NCBI GenBank assembly: GCA_020137815.1
Contig: CM035356.1
Span: forward strand, 558,001 to 622,000
DNA from: Hormiphora californensis
Taxonomy: Eukaryota; Animalia; Ctenophora
Direction of reading: 5' to 3'
Length of the DNA: 64,000 nucleotides
Shown: in pieces, positions 55,101-64,000 of the stretch
Numbering within the stretch: position 1 is the first letter of the stretch
Layout of the letters: the number at the start of each line of letters is the position of its first letter
The notes under the pieces: model-generated
What the model saw: only the letters and a program-made list of their open reading frames with translations
Database searches by the model: none
What the model was told of the DNA's origin: nothing
Position numbers and translations under genes: made by a program

Positions 55101-58100
55101 GACGTATGCACCCTAGTATAGTAAACTATAAACATTTACCAATGGTAGATCCAATAACAAGGGAGACCATGAAGAGTAGGGAGGTGACAGAGAATGATAG
55201 CTTGAGGTAGAGCCTGTAAAAGGGATAGAACCACTCCTCCTCTTCTGTAATAGGATTCTTCCGCGTCTTACTACCTGTAATGTGTTTATTAGTGGTAATT
55301 AGTTAGTTGATTAGTTAACTAGTTAATTAAGTAGTTAGCTAGTTAGTTAATTACTACTTCCGGTTCCTTAGAAGTTGCACTTGTATTACCAAATATGATA
55401 TTACAACAAATCCCGGTTCCCAACTGCACTAATAATAAGAACCTTGCCTTGTTGTACCCTCTCTCCCCCGGGTTTGAACAAAACAATAAGAACCTACCAT
55501 AAAACTGGGGTCGATCAGGTTCCAACTGTTCAAAGTTACTAACATCCCATTCGTACTTCAGACTGTTACTTTTCCTTTTCCATTGTTCTACAAAGATAGT
55601 CCCCCATAGACACAGTATGAGGGAGAACCAGGGGGTAAGGGGGTTGTTGAAGATGGTGAAGAATTGGTAGAGCGTCTTTGTGATGTCATCATCCGAACTG
55701 AAAGGTGGGATGTTAGCTAGATCTCTACATGGAGAGTAATGTGGGGATATAGTTGCTGAGGGAGTTTATAATACCCTTTATTGTAAACTCAAGTTTCTCG
55801 CATATAAGCGATCGTCAGAACAGGAGATTAATACCCTTTTTTAACATAAAAAAACATATAGTAATGGATGGGCGAATAGTAAAACTAAATTATCGCTAAG
55901 TTTAGTCAGTCACTCAATGCAGGAATGCGTTATGTAAAAACATCAACATATATCATAAGGCTACTCTGGGCCCGGGATATTGTGAACATGTTAACTTACA
56001 GTGCCTGTGACGGGTGGTAGAAAATTTTATGACTGGAAGAAATATAATTAATGAATTTCATGCAAAGATAGAAAACAAAGACAGCAGCAAAACAGATAAC
56101 AACTTACAAATTGATGCTGCTCGCTCCCTTGTAGTAGATTCCGTAACAAAACACGGCGAGTCCAATAAGTGTTGGCCAAATTAGCGTCTGGGTGTAGAGT
56201 TCAATCCAGGCAAAGTAAAATGCAATCTTTTCCCCAAAATAGTTCCTGATCTTCCAGAGAGGCTGGAATTTGTACCATAACTTCCAACTATCCCACAACT
56301 CTTGTCGGGGATCCACCAGTTTCTATCAGGGAGAGAGACAGTTGATCTACAATGTAGAATAAAGATACGGACAAAGAAAGATCATAGATGGAGAGAGGGG
56401 GATATTTTGGCACTGTTAGGAATGGCCGACACTAACAATTTTTTTGTTAGTGTTTTTTGTTAGTGACGTCACTAACAAAAAATTTGTTAGTGTTTTCACT
56501 AACAAAAAACACTAACAAAAAAATTGTTAGTGTTTTCACTAACAATTTTCACTAACAAAAATTTTGTTAGTGTTTTCACTAACAATTTTCACTAACAAAA
56601 ATTTTGTTAGTGTTTCTAATTGGGGTGATACAGTCGGACCCCGATTTAACGGCCCCCGATTTAGCGGCACCCCGATTTAACGGCAGGATAAATTTCCCCC
56701 AAAAATTTTTTGAAAATTTTTAATTTTTTTTGAAAATTTTTTGAAAATTTTTCAAAGGTGTTTCAACCACGTCCGAATCGTGTTTTTAATCGGTGCATCT
56801 TATTGCATGTCTTGCCGGTAATTAGACGGTTCGAAACGAACAGATATGTGATCCCCATGAGGTCCGCCCATCGAATCGCAATTTTGACGCTTAATCTGGT
56901 CCCATGGGGATCACGTATCGGTTCGTTTCGAACCGTCTAATTAGCGACAGGACGTGCGATAAGATGCAATGATTCGAAACACGATTCGGACGTGGTTGAT
57001 ATATCTTTGAAAAATTTTCATAACTTTTTTGCAAAATTTTACAGAATGATTGTCAATGCTTTGATCGGTGCTCCCCATGAATTTTCAGAGAAAAAGATAT
57101 TTTGAAATCCGAATTCTTCCTCACCCCGCTTAAAGTGCCCCGATTCGGCATGGTATCACGTATCGGTTCGTTTCGAACCGTCTAATTAGCAGCAAGACAT
57201 GCGATAAGATGCACTGATTCGATAAACGATTCGGACGTGGTACCTTAGAAATTTTTTATAATTTTTTTTTAAAATTAAAAAAAATTATTTTCTTTTTCCA
57301 ATCAGAAATGATCATGTAATCAATACATGGACATTGCATTTACTTAGAGGTGTTTTAGTATAGTATTTTGGACAAAAATAGGGTTTTATGGGCCAAATAT
57401 GCTCTATTGCTCTACCCCGATTTAACGGACACCCCGATTTAACGGACAAAACCCTTTCCCCCGAGGGTGCCGTTAAATCGGGGTCCGACTGCAACTAAAT
57501 GTGGACAAGTTATTTGATTTGTGTTTTTAGTTTTATTCTCTTGAAATTGGTGTATTTCTTGTCTACTCACAAATATCTTCATTTTCCATGTATCGTTACT
57601 TGAAAAACGAAGAAAACCTTCCCCGAATCGTGTCTCATGTCGCCTAACCATCCTAATAAGCTTCACCGAATCATGTTCCATAACCCGTATCGTCTCCCAC
57701 TGCCAATAAGGCGTCCCTGAATCGTATCTCATAACCATATATCACCCCAATTAGAAACACTAACAAAATTTTTGTTAGTGAAAATTGTTAGTGAAAACAC
57801 TAACAAAATTTTTGTTAGTGAAAATTGTCAGTGAAAACACTAACAATTTTTTTGTTAGTTTTTTTTGTTAGTGAAAACACTAACAAATTTTTTGTTAGTG
57901 ACGTCACTAACAAAAAACACTAACAAAAAAATTGTTAGTGTCGGCCATTCCTAACAGTGCCGATATTTTATTAACTCACACTATCCTCGTCCTTCTCTTT
58001 GAAGGCATGTCTCCGGTGAAGAAAGGAAGGTCTGTCGTGAAGAATAAAAACATCAGTATACACTCCCTTCAGCTTCAGATAGTTCAAACCTGGAGAGAGT

Positions 58101-61100
58101 ATAATATTAGGATTCAAAACTTGAACAGTACGTGATGTATTGTCTGTCTATATTTATCAGGAACCGACAGACACAAGTAAACAACCAATCACAACTCGCT
58201 ATTTAGGTCACGTGACTGGTTATCAGCCAATCATGGACCAGTATTTCCTGATTCGGTCGGTTCTTGATATTTATGGTTGTGCTCTAACTTCTGTCACAGT
58301 CAGCTGAACTCTCACCTTAGTTGATGCAACATTCTTTCTTTTTCTCTCTTTAGTAAAGGTAACAATCTTTCTTTTCTCTCTTTAGTAAAAGTAATAATAA
58401 TCTAGAGATACCTAATGCGCTGGTATTATGATCAGGATTGTCGCCTGGCCGTGTCCTCCTACTAAATGGACCCCTGTGTCTCCTAATTACACGACGTTGT
58501 CTGTCTGTTTGTCTGTCTGTCTGTGTGCCTGTACCTCTAATATTGATCCCATCCTGGGTGTCCTTCTTCTTGCTAACATCTGTCCGAATTAGGATGTGAT
58601 GCGTCTAGAGGGGGAGAGGGGGTGTTAGAACATGAAGCGAGATGTTAGTAGCGGCCGGTGTTACACTATCAGGGTATTGGTGCAGCTGCAGTCCCACTGC
58701 ATTGGGGATTATATTAGTAGGGAGGGAACAGTGTGTTATCTGACTCCACAGATAAGAAGTCTTGGAGGATAAACACGACGTCACAACTAGTGTGTACACT
58801 GTACTACCACGGAACTTCATGTCATAGAAACCAGAAATATCGGTGCAATATGTACATTACAACTGCTGTTTCAAACCCTCTCCAAAACACTCAAATTACA
58901 CTCACCAGATAAGAGCGGAGAGATGACCGGAAGAAGGTATCGGGATCCTCAATTCCAGCAAACAGATCCTTTTTATCCCAGCGGAAGGGAGCGGAGATAT
59001 AATCCACCTCCTGATCAGTTTCAAAGAAGTCCCATAACCGGTCCATACATCCTGGGTTGTCATCCACATCGACCTGTGGAGAGGATAGGTGTTAGCATGT
59101 TATCATTGTTTGTGTGACGTGTGTAGGTACATTGTACATTTGTACAAGTACACAATTATACACACACACACACAAACTGGATTTGTTAACAATACCCACA
59201 GCACATTTATTGGTGTGCGTGTGGGTATAATTGTAAGGAGTTATTATCACTAATCAGCATCAGCAGCATAGCAGCATAGTAAGAAAGGGAGATTATAGAA
59301 TATATGTCCCTCCCGGGTTTCATGCACAAAATCACACCAACATACATAACCACTTTCCCCCTCAAAATTAACCGATCATGGTCTGATAACTTTCCCAAAT
59401 TTTGTACCAAATTTCTGATATATTCAGATCCAATATTCATGCCCAAACCTTGTTGAACCTTCTCCACAGCCCGAGAAAGATATCAGCACATGTGCACAAC
59501 AATCGTGGTAGCTGCATAGTGATCACGTACTGGTCTCTTCTTCACAATCTTCTCCCTCTTGATATCTAGGAAGGCGCTAGTTGCAGTATCCTCCGCAGCT
59601 TCACACAACCCTCAAAACCTCCCCCTATAACAGGTATACAGCAAGTTCCTAGTCCCGGATAGAGGGGAGTTTCCTGACAGAGAACCCCGGTGATTCCAAC
59701 AACATTTCCTCAAACTATACTGCGATAGTAAGAGTGTCCGTGACGGATATTCAGTGTACTGTTTACTAGAACTACATCTGCATGGGGCTGCCGCTTCTTC
59801 TTGCTGTATCGACCACCATTTCGTATTGTCTGGTTATGATGATGAGTGTTTTCAGTCTGCTGGCATCGCCGACATATCAAGTCACTGGTTTGTACCGCTG
59901 CAGAAGCAGTTTCAATAACAGGTTTATGGGTGTGTATAAGGTGAAGAAGGGGGAAAGGCTCCTGATCCTGTCGTATGGGGGATGTTGCGGCGTCAGTTCG
60001 GACTACCTTTCGACGTTTCGCCCTCCTTTCCAGGTCCAGGCAGTCCGTGGCAGAGGAGCTGAGTGAAACAAATAGAAATTAGAGACTCAAAATACATCAA
60101 AAGTAGTGATCCACTGTGTGCAGACCGCATTTCAGTACTCTCTCTACTCTCTCTCTCTAATGTCTTTAATCTCTATCGCGTCCTACCAACTTACACGAAG
60201 TACTACCACAAGTTCCGTAATGTTATAGCAGGGGAGATACAAACTATTTAATATCAACTATGTAATATCAACTATGTAATATATCAGATAATGTATGAGG
60301 AATAGCTACGTAATAGAGACAGCCAGATCTAGGAAGATTAAGTTGTTTTGAACACACTGAGATCACATGATGATGAGAGAGAGAGGTCAGTTAGGACCGT
60401 CTTCAAAAGAAGAAAACGATTTCCGGGCCGCTACACTATACCTAGAGGTCACTATCTCTCATAAAGATACATGACTTAAGAAATAAAGAGAGATAGAGGA
60501 GAGATAGAGGAGAGCCGACTCTGTGCATTCCTTATCGTCTCTTTTTAGAAGTTGTGTGTCTTACCGCAGAGGCGACTATGAGATAGAAATGGCCCGGAAA
60601 TATAAGGTCAGTACCCCAGTTCCAGATTTTCTCAACCACTACTCTCCAGCCTCTCCCTCTCAGAGAGAAAGAGTCTCTCTCTTTCTCTACCAGCAGCTAC
60701 CCAACATGTATGTATGTCCTTCATTAATTACCTAGTATTAGAGCTCCTGACGGCCCCTGCAGTTGTCGAGGATCCCTCGCTGCTTGTAAAGAACAGGAGC
60801 TGTTCTGAACTGGACCTCAGGTCACTAAACAGACTGTTGGTAACAGACTCTGCAGATCTCCGGGCTGGTGGGGTGAGGGTCATGTACTTCCCGAGGTGGT
60901 GGGATGGGTAGGACCGGTTTGAAGGAGGGAGGACCCGGTGTCGAACATAATGGAGGGTGTCATCGAGGGCCATTAGGAGCTGGTGCAGGGACGCTAACAA
61001 AGTACTACTGGAAACATGTTCTAAACACAATCAGACAGTGATACAAAGCACAGAATCAAGTACAGTGTTTGCAAAGTAAATATATAACTGTTAGAAATGC

Positions 61101-63862
61101 CACGTTTCTCCTAATAATTCAGTTGCCATGGCAACCTCTAGCGATTTTAATAATTACACGGCGTGTTTCCTTGCCTAGAGAGAGTAATAAATGATCGGAA
61201 AGACGTGGGTATAACTTCCAAAGCCACAAACCATATGTGTGTACATAATATATCAACTTGGAAGGGATAATATAAAGGAGGTCGTGCAGGGTAAATAGGA
61301 AATTAAAGCACTGGTTTGTTGAAGGTGAGTGCGAGGACACGAGGCATATCCAAACATTGAATATATATATTATGCATAACGTAATGTCATATTGAATTAT
61401 GCGACGAGCTAAACCTTGGTCTCCTAAAAACAGACTGGCACGATATGACTGATGCCGCAACTCACACAACACAGGTGTTGGGAACCCGATACGCAGCACA
61501 CCACATTAAGAGATAATGAAATAGAAAACTTTAGAGAATTATACATAGTAGTAGAGAGAACTATTTATTAGAGATAAGAGCAAGCATCAAGTGACAAGCA
61601 CAGGAAGGAGTTTTAGAAGGATTCGTCTCAATTATAATATGCATACGAATGTGGTATGTTGAAAAGAGCGTTGGTACAATGGCACAGGGTGTCCTCCACA
61701 TATACATATGTAATATCCCCAATGGCCCCACGTTGAATGTTGATGTATAATGCAATGTCATTATGTAAATATCCTCAAGTTAAATCGTGCATATCGGCAT
61801 TAAAATCTTGGAGGACACCCCAGGAGAGAGAAAAGAAAACACACACACGTCACACGGGGACACAACAGGAACTACATAGGAAAGTAGGAACCTCAATTGA
61901 GTGTGCTTGTCTGTCGTAACCCTCTATATTCTGATACTCTGTCTGTGTGTGTCTAGTGTGTCTTACCTATCGATATCTGATCCCTCCATAAAGAACGAAC
62001 AACAACACAAACTATCATTGAAATGCATATTACTCCACAAGTAATAAGTACGCGGTTGGTTGCGGGTAGAACCGCATGAAAATATATCCCTAAACAATTG
62101 CCTTACTCCTACTAGTCGGAGGTTCTTTGCTATCCCTCCCATGAGGATATGCCTTCTCTTCGGGGTGTTTCAGGTGATCGGTGAGGCACATCAGCGAGGA
62201 AAACCAACTTAACGATAACATTTACAGACGTTATACCCCATTGCACAAAAAATACACAGAGAAACTTGCAGAAAGATTGTAATGGTCATGGTGGTGGTGT
62301 GGTTTTGTATGATTCACTAATGTGAGGTGGAGGCGGGTGTAGTATCTTAAGAAAAGGAGCTAAGGAGAGAGATATAGAGAGTAAAAGATAGGACTAGGAT
62401 AGTGAGATGTGGTTTAGTTCTATCTACTGCATAGGAACGGAGAAGAACTATAATTGCGTGTTGCAATAGTCGCAAGAACTAAAGTACTATTTATTAGAGA
62501 TAGAAAGCTGTCCAATGTTTCCGGCAACAATTTAATGAATGGCCTCGCAAGAAACATAATGAATAGGATTGTTAGCTACAAATCAGTACCCTATAGTTCC
62601 CAATGTGCATGTACTACACTTTTATTCTCTATCACCCTCCCTCTCCCTCTCTCTGAGGGAGCTGTACTGGGCTGAGTAATCTCCCTATCTCTCTCAGAGA
62701 CACCAATACTCTATCAAAGAAATCTACGCAACTAAGGAAGGTCATCAAATCTAGCTAAATTGTTCCCTCCTTATGCCTTTCTCTATGTCAGAGAATAATC
62801 TCGTACTGTAAAGCTTACACTGTTCCCTAATACGGTACAGCTCTACTATAAAGGGATGAAAGTCTTTATATGTCAAAGAAGAAGGAGTTCCTTATAAAAC
62901 GCTCTGTTTACTGACATATCATACAATGGCCATGGGGAGGAACTAAGACTCTTTCTAAACAAAGTCACGAGGTTACGAGGTTACAGTTAGCGACAAATGA
63001 ACAGGGTAATTGTAGAAAGGGTGAACCGACAGGGATATTATTGTATGAAGAATGAGTTCAGCCACATGAACAGCCACTGAAACAACAATGAACAATGAAC
63101 ATGTTAAACCTCTCCAATCATGTTAGTCTTGTTAACACGAATCTTTACTGGCATGGAATAGGAAGTGTACTCTGCCTCTTGGAAGAGCCTTCTCGGCATA
63201 GGACACACAATTGTGATAAACTTGCCGTCCGCTGAAAGGTTTTAATTGGTTTTAATTGGAGATAAATTGGACAACTTACTCTATTTACCACTCCATTTTA
63301 TTAAACATATATATATATTCCTACATGTTTTGTATCGCTTGATGATCATGGTAGGAGGAAGTTTGATTCCCCGCTCCGCAGCATCCCGAACCTCCTCTGG
63401 ATCAACTCCATAGTGCTCCAGCATTGAAATGAAATTAAGCCGATCTTTTTCAAGTTGCTCATCTTCAAGATTCCATTTTGACACGAGAACTAGGGATGCC
63501 GCGTAGGCATCCGGCCATGTCATATCAGCAGGATCTGTATTATCTGTGAAAGTGTCTGTTACACCGCCCATTAGCAGGCTTGACAACCTATTTTCAGCTT
63601 TCCGTTTGTCCTTGCTTGCCCTTAGGTTCGGTAGCACATCCAGGAAACTAGCCACGGATCGCTGATCATTGTCCACGGTACTTCCTCGGCGGAGATAATC
63701 TGATTCTGAACTATCATCTTCACTAGATGAGTCTGTTGTACAGCTTGTAGTGTCAGTAGTAGAGTCTGTTGTGCTTGTAGTAGTGGTTGTAGTTGCGTCA
63801 CTGGGCGGGCTAAGGTTTACTAGGACCCTCGTGTCATTCGGTTTGTCAGTCATATTGCTCAT
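52166..63862 (-). CDS. Anoctamin/TMEM16 family protein, multi-exon, with two alternative N-terminal modules
   Basis: Shared exons from 59073 down: [122 protein letters not shown]; stop at 52166. Module A exons 63862-63325 and 63231-63110. Confidence 0.93.
53579..53690. repeat. 40-bp tandem repeat, ~2.7 copies (anoctamin intron)
   Basis: agaagtgtgtgagtgaagttgtactgtgtgagtagtgtgg repeated. Confidence 0.85.
54967..55086. repeat. ~29-bp tandem repeat x4 (anoctamin intron)
   Basis: ggggctaactgtt(c/t)gaaacatgttagtag repeated. Confidence 0.85.
56409..57961. mobile_element. Long-TIR (~220 bp) non-autonomous transposon with 8-bp TSD GATATTTT and GG..CC ends (Merlin-like), carrying a nested MITE
   Basis: gatatttt at 56401-56408 and 57962-57969; GGCACTGTTAGGAATGGCCGACACTAAC termini; subterminal cactaacaaaa/tttgttagtg repeats. 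Confidence 0.82.
56631..57491. mobile_element. Nested CAGTCGGACCCCGAT-family element (~860 bp)
   Basis: cagtcggaccccgatttaacggc...gccgttaaatcggggtccgactg; internal inverted and direct repeats. Confidence 0.82.
58157..58267. mobile_element. ~110-bp MITE (TCAGGAACCGAC...GTCGGTTCTTGA)
   Basis: Short TIRs with internal ccaatca/gtcacgtgac. Its translation [31 protein letters not shown] matches, from memory, a high-copy Pleurobrachia repeat. Confidence 0.7.
59531..62191 (-). CDS. Anoctamin alternative N-terminal module B (exons 62191-62107, 61020-60732, 60058-59531; possible alternative first exon 61989-61967)
   Basis: Phase-consistent GT-AG exons; last exon encodes ADVVLV...[11 protein letters not shown]...VYLL...LCEAAE, but needs removal of 2 net extra bases and has TAGs at 59649-51 and 59625-27. 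Confidence 0.6.
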
Positions 63863-64000
63863 GGGCCAGCTACTGCTGCGGGTGTGGGCTGTAAGTTTCT
63901 AACTATGCTAATTTAAGAGATACAGGATTGTGATTTAATTGGGTTAGCATGGTGGTAAATTGCAACAAGATCGCGATCCAGTAGCTCTTTCTCTGCACTA

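Noticed and set aside
59997-60050. Hammerhead-like motif on the minus strand (CTGGAAAGGAGGGCGAAACGTC within a stem)
   Set aside because: The CUGANGA core and stem II are absent, and the sequence is better explained as coding ([11 protein letters not shown]) in anoctamin module B.

Overview
Eukaryotic, intron-rich genomic DNA with GT-AG introns, many (GA)n microsatellites and many MITEs. The repeat families recall the ctenophore Pleurobrachia (from memory, not verified by search). I traced ten protein-coding genes by hand. On the minus strand: a LURP-one/LOR protein, an SLC46-type MFS transporter, a small secreted H-type-lectin-like protein, Rab1, and a tightly packed run of anoctamin > carotenoid oxygenase > Tim22 > MAP10. 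On the plus strand: a tetraspanin (which hosts the lectin-like gene antisense in an intron) and ITPK1. The window also holds a 5'-truncated LINE inside a TIR element, at least 8 MITE families and a 4.8-kb 33/34-bp minisatellite. Most notable: (1) the anoctamin appears to have two mutually exclusive, highly diverged copies of its N-terminal domain start; (2) a ~270-bp element folds into a branched structure with five tandem-G.A hairpins; (3) eight genes have a splice acceptor 9-26 nt before the ATG, which with the tight spacing suggests SL trans-splicing or operons; (4) the intronless carotenoid oxygenase probably carries a signal peptide. Caveat: several segments look like unpolished long-read consensus (insertion bursts, e.g. 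Rab1 exon 4), so all frameshift- or stop-based claims need read or RNA support.
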